A stretch of DNA of 64,000 bases from Acutalibacteraceae bacterium (GTDB lineage Bacteria > Bacillota > Clostridia > Oscillospirales > Acutalibacteraceae). Both the position numbers and the translations under genes were made by a program. Positions 47,950 through 56,319 of the stretch are shown here, in pieces (position 1 is the first letter of the stretch; every line of letters starts with the position of its first letter). The stretch covers positions 2,693-66,692 of the forward strand of contig JAZNRV010000077.1 in the NCBI GenBank assembly GCA_045590855.1. Direction: 5' to 3'. Below the pieces are notes generated by a model. It saw only the letters and a list, made by a program, of their open reading frames with translations. It searched no databases and was not told the DNA's origin.

Positions 47950-48837
47950 TTACCCTTCCCATTCCTCGGCAAGTTTGGTAATACGTTGTAACCGATGATT
48001 TACGCCGGAACGGCTAAGCGGCGGTTCCAATGCCGCCCCCAATTCCCGCAATGAATATTCGGGATTTTCTATGCGTAATTTGCAAAGCAAACGCAACTCT
48101 TCGGGCAACGTTTCCAACACGCCGTGTTTTTCCAGTTTTTTGATAGCTTCCATCTGTGCCAAAGCAGCAGCCACCGTTTTGTCCAGGTTGGCACTTTCAC
48201 AGTTAGCGGCACGGTTGACGTTGTTGCGAATGCTTTTGATGAGTTTAACATTCATCAATTCCAACGTCGCGCTCATAGCCCCCATCAAAGTAAGACAATC
48301 TTCGATTTGTTCGCTTTCTTTAAAATAAACAATGTACAATCCTTTTCGCCGTACCGTTTTGGCATTTAATCCTTGTTCTTTCAAAAGTGCTACCAAATCG
48401 TTACTTACGTGGAGAAAAGGGACACTGAATTCCAAATGATAATCCACTTGCGGGTTGGTTACCGCACCGCAAGCCAAAAAAGCACCTCGCAAAAAAGCGG
48501 CGGCACAAGCATCGCAATCCAAATTGGCACGATTAAGGCGCAACGTAACCTCGCCACTGTGACCAAAGCGTTCCAACACCGCCAACGTTTCATCCAACGT
48601 CGGCATGGATACCGTGTACATACCGGTACCAACCGAGAGTTGCGGATTGACACCGCACACATCATGCATCAAGGCAACGTACCGTTTGGCAATGGCTTCG
48701 TTTTCCGTTTGCAACGATACCGAACGTTTGGAAAAAGAATGCCCAAATTCTGCCATACCGTAGGCTTGCGCCACCGCACAGCAACCGTTTTCTTCAATTT
48801 GTGCCAATTCTTTTTTGATATCCGACGAGAACGACAT
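47950..48837 (-). CDS. whiA: DNA-binding protein WhiA
   Basis: MSFSSDIKKEL...; degenerate LAGLIDADG halves plus C-terminal HTH (SRSGVNHRLQRI). Confidence 0.92.
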   Translation of the reverse strand: MSFSSDIKKELAQIEENGCCAVAQAYGMAEFGHSFSKRSVSLQTENEAIAKRYVALMHDVCGVNPQLSVGTGMYTVSMPTLDETLAVLERFGHSGEVTLRLNRANLDCDACAAAFLRGAFLACGAVTNPQVDYHLEFSVPFLHVSNDLVALLKEQGLNAKTVRRKGLYIVYFKESEQIEDCLTLMGAMSATLELMNVKLIKSIRNNVNRAANCESANLDKTVAAALAQMEAIKKLEKHGVLETLPEELRLLCKLRIENPEYSLRELGAALEPPLSRSGVNHRLQRITKLAEEWEG

Positions 48838-48869
48838 CGTTTGTTCCTCCCAGGGTGAGCAGTCAAATC

Positions 48870-49778
48870 CTACGGCCGCCCAACAAATTGAACTTCCCTT
48901 TCCAGCGTTACCCCAAAGCGGTCTTGCACCGTTTGTTGCACTTGGTCACACAGTTTTAGCACTTCATCGCACGTCGCGCCACCGCGATTGATTAAAAAGC
49001 CGGCATGTTTTTCGCTGATTTGCGCACCGCCGACCGTGGTGCCTTTAAGTCCGCATTGTTCAATCAGCGCACCGGCAAAATACCCCGTGGGGCGCTTGAA
49101 AAAACTGCCGCCGCTGGGGTATTCCAGCGGTTGTTTTTCTCGCCGACAACACAAGTGTTTTTCCATAGCTTTTCGAATTTCTGCGGTGTCGCCTTGCTGT
49201 AAAGTAAGTGTCACCGACCAAATCAGCAACGGTTGTTCCATAAACACACTGTGGCGGTAATCAAAATCGAGTTCGTCTGCGGATAATTCTTGTACCTCGC
49301 CCGTTGGTGTCAACACCGTAACACTGCTAATCACATTGGAAAGTTGACCACCGTAGGCACCCGCGTTCATGTACGTGCCGCCGCCTACCGTGCCGGGAAT
49401 CCCATACGCAAACTCCAAACCGGATAACCCTTGTTCACACGCAAAGCGGCACAACCGCGAAAGCGGTACCGCGGCTTGTGCTGTCACTTGTGTTCCTTGT
49501 ACCGTGAGCCTTTCTTTGCCACAGTCAATGCGCATAACAACACCTTCGACACCGCGGTCACTGACCAACACGTTTGAACCGTTCCCCAAAATAAAAAGCG
49601 GGAGTTTTTGTTGTGTGCAAAACTGCAAAACTGCCGCGGCAGTATCGCGGGTATTAACCGTTACCAACCAATCCGCCGCACCGCCGATTTTGAACGAAGT
49701 GTAGGAAGCCAGCGGTTCTTTTTCCCGCACTTGGCACCCGAGCATTTTTAAGCACGCCGTAATTTCCTCTTTTTGCAC
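48870..49778 (-). CDS. murB: UDP-N-acetylenolpyruvoylglucosamine reductase
   Basis: TSFKIGGAADWLV, GNGSNVLVSD, SGGSFFKRP. Confidence 0.94.
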   Translation of the reverse strand: MQKEEITACLKMLGCQVREKEPLASYTSFKIGGAADWLVTVNTRDTAAAVLQFCTQQKLPLFILGNGSNVLVSDRGVEGVVMRIDCGKERLTVQGTQVTAQAAVPLSRLCRFACEQGLSGLEFAYGIPGTVGGGTYMNAGAYGGQLSNVISSVTVLTPTGEVQELSADELDFDYRHSVFMEQPLLIWSVTLTLQQGDTAEIRKAMEKHLCCRREKQPLEYPSGGSFFKRPTGYFAGALIEQCGLKGTTVGGAQISEKHAGFLINRGGATCDEVLKLCDQVQQTVQDRFGVTLEREVQFVGRP

Positions 49779-49813
49779 GTTTCCTCCCCCTTTTTGGAAA
49801 TTTTATAAACCAA

Positions 49814-50758
49814 TTATCGTCCCAAGCAGGCAGCACCGATAATGCCGGCGTCGTTGCCCAGGGTAGCCACACAAATTTTGGTTTGCTTTTCACTGTATCG
49901 GCTGTATCGTTCCGCTTCTACGTGCTTGCGAAGCGGCGCTAACAAAGTTTCGCCCTCTTTGCTGACGCCGCCGCCGATACACAAAATCTCCGGTTGAAAA
50001 ATGTTTATCATGTTGGTCACACCGCAAGCAACGTAAGCAATGTATTGGTCCACCACCGCTTTGCCTGCGGCATCGCCCGCGCGCATGGCATCAAAAGCGG
50101 TAAGCCCGTTTACTGCGCTCAAGGAACCGGCTATCTTCCACATTTGACTATCGGGGTTTTCTTGCATCGCTTTTTTGGTTTGACGCACCAGTGCCGTTGC
50201 CGAAGCATACGCTTCCCAACACCCGTTTCTGCCGCAAGTACACGGCTCGCCGTTTTGTTCAATCACAATATGGCCGACCTCGGCACCCGAAAAATTGAAA
50301 CCACCGTAAATTTTGCCATCGATGATGATACCGCCACCGACGCCTGTTCCCAAAGTGATGCACACACAACTGTTTGCTCCTTTGGCGGCACCCGCTTTGG
50401 CTTCACCCAACGCGGCGGCATTGGCATCGTTTTCAATGTATACGGGAAGTCCCAGTTTTTCATGCATCATCTTGCAAACCGGAACGTTAATAAAACCCAA
50501 GTTGTTGGCATATTCCACCACACCGGTATCGGTATTGCACGTACCGGGACTGCCAATGCCGATAAAAGCCGCTTTTTCCATAGATAAACCGGCTTTTCTC
50601 ATGGCTTCGCGGCTGAGCCGCACAATATCTTCCAAAATGGCATCTGCCGAACGGGGCGAGTTGGTTTTGCATTTTGCAGTGGCAAGAATACGGTAGTTTT
50701 CGTCCACTACACCTGCCACAATGTTGGTTCCGCCCAAATCCACACCGATACTGTACAT
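49814..50758 (-). CDS. glcK: ROK-family glucokinase
   Basis: IGVDLGGTNI..., GEVGHIVIEQNGEPCTCGRNGCWEAY (ROK zinc motif). Confidence 0.9.
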   Translation of the reverse strand: MYSIGVDLGGTNIVAGVVDENYRILATAKCKTNSPRSADAILEDIVRLSREAMRKAGLSMEKAAFIGIGSPGTCNTDTGVVEYANNLGFINVPVCKMMHEKLGLPVYIENDANAAALGEAKAGAAKGANSCVCITLGTGVGGGIIIDGKIYGGFNFSGAEVGHIVIEQNGEPCTCGRNGCWEAYASATALVRQTKKAMQENPDSQMWKIAGSLSAVNGLTAFDAMRAGDAAGKAVVDQYIAYVACGVTNMINIFQPEILCIGGGVSKEGETLLAPLRKHVEAERYSRYSEKQTKICVATLGNDAGIIGAACLGR

Positions 50759-50775
50759 CGTTATCCTCCTACATT

Positions 50776-51744
50776 TTATGCATCCGTCATGCCGAGATTT
50801 TGCATCAATTCTTGCGCGGCATTGTACCCCATTTTCTTTTGACGGTTGTTCATTGCCGCTACTTCAATAATAATTGCCAAATTTCGTCCCGGTTTTACCG
50901 GAATGGTCAGCATGGGAACTTGAATCCCCAAAATATCCATGTATTCATCTTTCAGTCCCATGCGGTCGTACACTTTATCTTTATTCCATTGTTCCATTTG
51001 TATGACCATATCAATTTTTTCGGTCATTTTGACGGCACCCATACCGAAGATGCGACGCACGTTGACAATGCCGATACCGCGCAGTTCGATAAAGTGGCGA
51101 ATATTGTCCGGTGCCGAACCCACCAACGTTTTGGAAGAAACGCGACGGATTTCCACGGCATCATCGGCAATCAAACGGTGCCCGCGTTTTACCAGTTCGA
51201 TGGCGGTTTCACTTTTACCGACACCGCTGTCACCCACCAACAAAATACCTTCACCGTACGCTTCCACCAACACACCGTGACGCGTAATGCGGGGAGCTAA
51301 CTGTACGTTCAAAAAAGCAATCAACGCCGCCATCACGCCCGAAGTGGTATCGGCACTTTGCAACAACGGGATATCGTATTCCTTACAAGCATCTTCCAAA
51401 TCCTGCGGAATATCCAACGAACGGGATACCACTAACATGGGTGGTTTTTGCGACAAGAACTGACGCAATCGTTCTTTGCTGATTTCCCGCGAAACAGAAC
51501 TCAAAAAACCAAACTCGCTTTTTCCCATGACTTGCACACGGGTGTTGTCAAAATATTCAAAATACCCCGACAAGCCCAAACCGGGACGGCTGACTTCCGG
51601 CGATACCACCGTGCGTTCTTCGCCGTTTTCGGGCATATACACAACCGACAGTGATAATTCTTCCACAATTTTGCTGATAGTAACGGAATATTGTTTTTCC
51701 AAAATACTCCCACCTTTCCGATAACTATGTTCAGTATAACTCAT
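50776..51744 (-). CDS. hprK: HPr kinase/phosphorylase
   Basis: GVLVEAYGEGILLVGDSGVGKSETAIELVKRGHRLIADD, IELRGIGIVNV. Confidence 0.94.
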   Translation of the reverse strand: MSYTEHSYRKGGSILEKQYSVTISKIVEELSLSVVYMPENGEERTVVSPEVSRPGLGLSGYFEYFDNTRVQVMGKSEFGFLSSVSREISKERLRQFLSQKPPMLVVSRSLDIPQDLEDACKEYDIPLLQSADTTSGVMAALIAFLNVQLAPRITRHGVLVEAYGEGILLVGDSGVGKSETAIELVKRGHRLIADDAVEIRRVSSKTLVGSAPDNIRHFIELRGIGIVNVRRIFGMGAVKMTEKIDMVIQMEQWNKDKVYDRMGLKDEYMDILGIQVPMLTIPVKPGRNLAIIIEVAAMNNRQKKMGYNAAQELMQNLGMTDA

Positions 51745-51875
51745 TTTTTAAAGTTAGAAAAGTCTTTTTTTATATTTTTAATATTTTTAGGGAAACATTA
51801 AAAATATTCGCTGTTGCATTTATCGGTAAAATATAGTAAAATAATCACAATTGTACAGAAAGGAGCGTGTGACAT

Positions 51876-53030
51876 ATGAGTGGTTTTTCGGTAGGATTGT
51901 TTAACGATTCGTTCCCGCCGATGATAGACGGCGTTGCCCAAGCAGTAAAAAACTACGCAACTTTTTTGAACGAAAAAAACTGTCAAGTCTCGGTTGTCAC
52001 ACCCGATTATCGCGACGTTCAAGATAACTATCCTTTTGACGTTTATCGGTATCCTTCTCTGCCCGCCACTGCCCGTATCGGCTATCGGGTAGGCGTTCCT
52101 TTTACGCCTGAAACAATTTCCAAGCTGCGTTCCAAAAAATTCGATATCATGCACGTTCACTCTCCGTTTGCCTCTTCGGTTTTGGTAAACACCATCAACC
52201 ACCGCCCTCACGTTCCGGTGGTGCTCACTTACCACACGCGTTTTGATTTGGATTTTCAAAAACGAATCCCCAACGCCGCTATGCGCAAAGTGGCTTCCAA
52301 ATTTTTGCTCAAAAACATCAAATCCGCGGACGAAGTGTGGGTTGTCACTTCCGCGTGCGGTAAATTTTTGGCAGATATCGGTTACGAAGGTTCCTACCGC
52401 GTAATGGAAAACGGCACGGATTTTGTTCGCGGATTAGCCTCTGCCGAAAAAATTGCCGCTTTGCGCGAGCAGTACCATTTGTATGAAGACGTTCCCGTGT
52501 TTTTGTTTGTCGGTCGTATGATGTGGTACAAAAACATTCGCCTGATTTTGGACACCTTGGCCATTTTACGCGACAACGGCATGGATTTTCGTGCTTTCTT
52601 CATTGGCGACGGATACGATTTACCCGAAATCAAAACTTACGCTGCCGAAATCAAATTGCAAGATAACACCGTTTTTACCGGTCCCCTTTTTGACCGCGAA
52701 CAGTTACGGGTGTTTTACAGTATTACCGATTTGTTTTTGTTCCCTTCCACGTACGATACTTGCGGCATCGTGGTAAAAGAAGCCGCCGCTTGCAACTGCC
52801 CTTCTTTGTTGGTGGAAAACAGCGGTGCCGCCGAGGGTGCCATACACGGCGAAAACGCCTTTTTGGCACAGGAAAATCCCGATTCTTGCGCGGCGGTAGT
52901 CATGCAAGCTATGGCAGACCGCAACGCTTTGAAAACGGTTGGGATGAATGCAGGCAAAACCCTTTATCTCTCTTGGAGTGACGTGGTAGACCGCGCTTAT
53001 GCCCGATACGAAGAGATTTTGAACCAATAA
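51876..53030 (+). CDS. GT4-family glycosyltransferase (diacylglycerol glucosyltransferase-like)
   Basis: ND.FPP..DGVA N-terminus typical of lipid glycosyltransferases; C-terminal FPSTYDTCGIVVKEAAA (EX7E-like). Confidence 0.85.
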   Translation: MSGFSVGLFNDSFPPMIDGVAQAVKNYATFLNEKNCQVSVVTPDYRDVQDNYPFDVYRYPSLPATARIGYRVGVPFTPETISKLRSKKFDIMHVHSPFASSVLVNTINHRPHVPVVLTYHTRFDLDFQKRIPNAAMRKVASKFLLKNIKSADEVWVVTSACGKFLADIGYEGSYRVMENGTDFVRGLASAEKIAALREQYHLYEDVPVFLFVGRMMWYKNIRLILDTLAILRDNGMDFRAFFIGDGYDLPEIKTYAAEIKLQDNTVFTGPLFDREQLRVFYSITDLFLFPSTYDTCGIVVKEAAACNCPSLLVENSGAAEGAIHGENAFLAQENPDSCAAVVMQAMADRNALKTVGMNAGKTLYLSWSDVVDRAYARYEEILNQ

Positions 53031-53048
53031 TTTTTTGCAAACAACCTC

Positions 53049-53077
53049 TTGACATTTTGGCAAAAATGCGGTAAGAT
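53049..53077 (+). promoter_or_regulatory. promoter of tRNA-Ala
   Basis: TTGACA, 17 nt spacer, TAAGAT, 13 nt before the tRNA 5' end. Confidence 0.6.
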
Positions 53078-53090
53078 AATGGGCGTCCAT

Positions 53091-53166
53091 GGGGGCGTAG
53101 CTCAGCTGGGAGAGCGTACGGTTCGCATCCGTAAGGTCGAGAGTTCGATCCTCTTCGTCTCCACCA
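53091..53166 (+). tRNA. tRNA-Ala (anticodon CGC), CCA encoded
   Basis: Cloverleaf by hand: acceptor GGGGGCG/CGTCTCC with G3:U70; D arm GCTC..GAGC; anticodon arm TACGG-TTCGCAT-CCGTA; T arm GAGAG-TTCGATC-CTCTT; ACCA. Confidence 0.93.
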
Positions 53167-53170
53167 AAAA

Positions 53171-53207
53171 GAACCGACAATTTTCGATAGAAGATTGTCG
53201 GTTTTTT
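53171..53207 (+). terminator. rho-independent terminator of tRNA-Ala
   Basis: GAACCGACAAT-N12-ATTGTCGGTT plus TTTTT. Confidence 0.85.
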
Positions 53208-53208
53208 G

Positions 53209-53293
53209 TTCTCTTCACTTTTCTCTTTTCGTTCTTCTCTCTTCTCTAACATTGTCGGTTCCAGATAAAAGATAAGAGAGAATAGAGAAAAGG
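53209..53293. repeat. polypyrimidine/polypurine imperfect long hairpin enclosing a copy of the terminator 3' arm
   Basis: TTCTCTTCACTTTTCTCTTTTCGTTCTTCTCTCTTCTCT, then ACATTGTCGGTT, then AGATAAAAGATAAGAGAGAATAGAGAAAAGG. Confidence 0.7.
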
Positions 53294-53362
53294 TGGTTTT
53301 GCTCCGAAAAACATTAAATTTAACTATAAAACACTATATAATACAAACAGAGGTGATAACAA

Positions 53363-53713
53363 ATGAACAGTCCATTGCTTGATAAATCTCTTGATTTTGC
53401 AACTCTAATCGTATTGTTTTATGAGGGCTTTTCTAAGACAAAAAAAGACACCACTATCGCAAAGCAGTTGCTTCGTTCCGCTACAAGCGTTGGCGCTAAT
53501 ATCAATGAAGCGATTTATGGAAATAGCAAGGCTGATTTTATTTCCAAATTACATATTTCTCTTAAAGAAACCGGCGAGAGCATTTATTGGATCACCTTGC
53601 TCAAACGAACAAACTTAATCGAATATGATTTTGATAAGCTTCTTTCTTTGGCAGAAGAAATCAAAAGAATGTTAATCGCTTCGCTCAATACCGCAAAGGA
53701 AAATAACAAATGA
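53363..53713 (+). CDS. four-helix-bundle protein (23S rRNA IVS protein / Avd family)
   Basis: LLRSATSVGANINEA...SKADFISKLHISLKETGESIYWI is the family hallmark. AGAGGTGA SD. Confidence 0.85.
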   Translation: MNSPLLDKSLDFATLIVLFYEGFSKTKKDTTIAKQLLRSATSVGANINEAIYGNSKADFISKLHISLKETGESIYWITLLKRTNLIEYDFDKLLSLAEEIKRMLIASLNTAKENNK

Positions 53714-54150
53714 TATACTTAAAACCAATAACGCTTGATAACATAAATGATTTTAAAAACACATCGTACGATAATATGACTCTTGAACAAAAAGAAGAAA
53801 TGATAACTGAGAGCATAAATAAAATTCACAATAATATGTATTTTGAATTTTTAGTGGTATATAAAAATGATATTGTAATTGGATTTATGAACCTCTTCGC
53901 CCACTCCAAACACATTATAAGTTGCGGACCAACTATTAAAGATGAATTTCAACGCAAGGGGTTTGGCTTTGAAGCTGAAGTTTTAGCATTAAAATATGCC
54001 AAGGAAAAAGGATTTACTATCGCAGTTGGCGGTGTTGACGATAATAATATAGCAAGTATTAAATTACATGAAAAATTAGGATTTGAATTAGAGAGGAAAT
54101 ACCTCAACAAACAAGGAAGAACTATTAGATTATACATTAAAGCAATATAA
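53710..54150 (+). CDS. GNAT-family N-acetyltransferase
   Basis: FQRKGFGFEA (Q/RxxGxG/A acetyl-CoA motif), N..S..L.EKLGF. ATGA start/stop overlap with the upstream gene. Confidence 0.85.
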   Translation: MIYLKPITLDNINDFKNTSYDNMTLEQKEEMITESINKIHNNMYFEFLVVYKNDIVIGFMNLFAHSKHIISCGPTIKDEFQRKGFGFEAEVLALKYAKEKGFTIAVGGVDDNNIASIKLHEKLGFELERKYLNKQGRTIRLYIKAI

Positions 54151-54215
54151 TTGTTTGATATACGGGAGTTTAAACACATAATATAAACAACTTCAAATTT
54201 GTACAACCCTTTCAG

Positions 54216-54247
54216 AAAAACCGACAAGTTTTGATTTGTCGGTTTTT
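54216..54247 (+). terminator. terminator after the GNAT gene; near-duplicate of the tRNA-Ala terminator
   Basis: AAAAACCGACAA-GTTTTGAT-TTGTCGGTTTTT. Shares both stem arms with 53171-53207. Confidence 0.8.
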
Positions 54248-54366
54248 CAACTAAATCCACCCTTTCGGGTGGAGCAAAGCGAACGATTTTATTTCGTGCT
54301 GTAAAAGTTCAGAATTATAGGCAAATCTTTTTTGTTATATTGTCTTAAACCGCACATACTACTCCT

Positions 54367-55212
54367 ATGAAAAGAGTTTCACATTATTTAACCGACAGTT
54401 TGTATCTAATAATCGGCACGTTTTTGGCTGCCGTGGGCATTTTTTGCTTTTTGACACCCAACAAACTCTCCGTGGGTGGGGTGTCTGCCATTGGCACGGT
54501 GTTGTTTCACCTGTGGGGCATCAATTTGTCCGTGACCACCATTCTTCTCAATGGTATATTGTTTATCTTCGGTTACCGCATTTTAGGGAAAACCGCGCTT
54601 TTAAAAACCGTCCTCGGGATTGTATTGTTATCCGCGTTTTTGGAACTCGCCGCGTTTTTGCCCGTTTTTGTAGGCGATACCCTGGTTGCCGCGGTAGTCG
54701 GAGGCGCATTGGTGGGTGTGGGGGTCGGCTTGGTGGTAAGGCGCGGTGCTTCCACAGGCGGCAGTGATTTTTTGGCATTTATTTTCAAAAGGTTTTTCCC
54801 ACACATCTCCCTTGCGGATTTCATATTGATAATCGATTGCAGTATTGTTCTGCTATCCGGTCTTGTTTTTCGGCAAATTGACGTGACGGTTTTTTCCGTT
54901 TTGTCACTTTACCTTTCTTCCAAAGTAACGGATAGTATCATTACCATGGGTACGGCCGCTAAAACGGTTACCATTATCTCGGAACAACACGAAACCATTG
55001 CGGAATATATTTTGCACGATTGTAAGCGCGGTGCCACCGCTCTGCTAGGGCGCGGCATGTTTTCGGGGCAAGAAACCCCCTTGTTATGGTGTGTGGTAAC
55101 ACCAAAAGAAGTGCCGCTGCTGATTGCCGCTATACGTCAAATTGACCACCATGCCTTCATCACCGTGCAGGACACCAAAGAAGTGTTTGGCAACGGATTT
55201 CATAAAACTTAA
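54367..55212 (+). CDS. YitT-family membrane protein (with C-terminal DUF2179)
   Basis: LIIGTFLAAVGIFCFLTPNKLSVGGVSAIG..., GASTGGSDFLA, C-terminal ITVQDTKEVFGNGF. Confidence 0.85.
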   Translation: MKRVSHYLTDSLYLIIGTFLAAVGIFCFLTPNKLSVGGVSAIGTVLFHLWGINLSVTTILLNGILFIFGYRILGKTALLKTVLGIVLLSAFLELAAFLPVFVGDTLVAAVVGGALVGVGVGLVVRRGASTGGSDFLAFIFKRFFPHISLADFILIIDCSIVLLSGLVFRQIDVTVFSVLSLYLSSKVTDSIITMGTAAKTVTIISEQHETIAEYILHDCKRGATALLGRGMFSGQETPLLWCVVTPKEVPLLIAAIRQIDHHAFITVQDTKEVFGNGFHKT

Positions 55213-55229
55213 TTTTTTTGATTTTATTC

Positions 55230-55258
55230 TTGACAAGGGTTCTTTACCGTGCTATAAT
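55230..55258 (+). promoter_or_regulatory. promoter of tRNA-Gly
   Basis: TTGACA, 17 nt spacer (ending TGC), TATAAT, 14 nt before the tRNA. Confidence 0.7.
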
Positions 55259-55272
55259 ACAGCATGTTCTTT

Positions 55273-55348
55273 GCGGCTTTAGCTCATCTGGTAGAGCGCC
55301 ACCTTGCCAAGGTGGAGGTAGCGAGTTCGAGCCTCGTAAGCCGCTCCA
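55273..55348 (+). tRNA. tRNA-Gly (anticodon GCC), CCA encoded
   Basis: Acceptor GCGGCTT/AAGCCGC; D arm GCTC..GAGC; anticodon arm CCACC-TTGCCAA-GGTGG; T arm GCGAG-TTCGAGC-CTCGT; TCCA. Confidence 0.93.
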
Positions 55349-55390
55349 AAACTCCCGAATGCGAAAGCGTTCGGGAGTTTACTTTTTTAC
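55349..55390 (+). terminator. rho-independent terminator of tRNA-Gly
   Basis: AAACTCCCGAATGC-GAAA-GCGTTCGGGAGTTT then ACTTTTTT. Confidence 0.85.
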
Positions 55391-55460
55391 TTTTCACTCT
55401 TCACTAAAACTCGCATTCGGGATTTTTGGAAAGTAAGAGGTAATAGTGAAGAGTGAAGAG
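55390..55460. repeat. polypyrimidine/polypurine hairpin enclosing a copy of the terminator 3' arm
   Basis: CTTTTCACTCTTCACTA (55390-55406) pairs 16/17 with TAGTGAAGAGTGAAGAG (55444-55460). The loop contains AAAACTCGCATTCGGGATTTTT. Confidence 0.75.
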
Positions 55461-55519
55461 GTATTGCGGCTTCGCCGCTTTTATGCTATGCTTGTGCTAC
55501 AATAGGGACAAAAAGACCA

Positions 55520-55548
55520 TTGAAATGAATTTGTAAATATGATAGAAT
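55520..55548 (+). promoter_or_regulatory. promoter for the islet membrane-protein gene
   Basis: TTGAAA, 17 nt spacer, TAGAAT. Confidence 0.5.
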
Positions 55549-55570
55549 AATTATACTAAGGAGATGAGCT

Positions 55571-56011
55571 GTGATGAAGAAATTTAAAGAGTTTTTATGG
55601 TTTTTAATACCTTTTTTGTGCTTTAGTTTGGTTTCTGTTATCTATTTCATTTTAAACACACCAAACGGAGCAGGGTATTTTAGATTAATGATTAGTGATC
55701 CTTTTTTTGTAATAGCAATCGTAAACACCTTTGTTCCATCACTTATATTGTCATTTGTTGTTGTTATTATCTATAAAATTGCACTTCGTTTTTATTGCAA
55801 GAAAACGTTTACAAGTAGAAAAAACCAAATAATAGTTTTTTTGATTTCTCTTATAGCTCCCGTTTGCTATATCGTGATTATGACAAGAACTTTTGACTTT
55901 GTTAATAATACAATATTCGCTTTGCAAACTGGAATAATTGTTACTTTCGTATTTTGGGTTATAGATGCAATTAAGGAAAAATTAAACAAGAAAAAGGCAA
56001 GGCAGGAATAA
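55571..56011 (+). CDS. hypothetical integral membrane protein (4 predicted TM), AT-rich islet
   Basis: AAGGAGA SD, GTG 55571 or ATG 55574. Hydrophobic segments. No family recognised. Confidence 0.6.
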   Translation: MMKKFKEFLWFLIPFLCFSLVSVIYFILNTPNGAGYFRLMISDPFFVIAIVNTFVPSLILSFVVVIIYKIALRFYCKKTFTSRKNQIIVFLISLIAPVCYIVIMTRTFDFVNNTIFALQTGIIVTFVFWVIDAIKEKLNKKKARQE

Positions 56012-56228
56012 CCGTCATACTTTTGGCATATTTACTGCTTTAAAACAAAGTTTTTAACAGTATTTCCTTTGGTATGATTTTGGGTGTGTCGGTATGATTT
56101 TTGTCATACCATAAAAAATAGAGTTATCTCGTGGCTTCGGGATAACTCTATTTATATATGACTTGAAAATCTTAATAAAGAATGTTATATTAAGTTAAAG
56201 AAAATGCTTGTTGTTATGCGGAAATTTC

Positions 56229-56257
56229 AACTTGTGGAAATGATTTCCACAAGTTGC
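56229..56257. repeat. perfect 13-bp-stem palindrome
   Basis: CAACTTGTGGAAA-TGA-TTTCCACAAGTTG. No flanking T-run on either strand. Confidence 0.85.
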
Positions 56258-56261
56258 AGTC

Positions 56262-56289
56262 TTAGCCTCCCTCTGACGAGGGAGGTGGC
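56262..56289. repeat. GC-rich hairpin upstream of the DUF559 gene
   Basis: TTAGCC-TCCCTC-TGAC-GAGGGA-GGTGGC. Confidence 0.8.
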
Positions 56290-56319
56290 AAAACTTTAGT
56301 TTTGGCGGAGGGAGAGAAT

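Noticed and set aside
51798-53252. Minus-strand ORFs 51798-52259 (153 aa) and 52704-53252 (182 aa).
   Set aside because: They lie antisense to the GT4 glycosyltransferase, and the second also runs through tRNA-Ala and its terminator. They have no SD and an implausible composition.
53363-53713. An Avd-family four-helix-bundle gene as an indicator of a diversity-generating retroelement.
   Set aside because: There is no reverse transcriptase gene and no template/variable repeat pair anywhere in the window. It is retained only as a family assignment.
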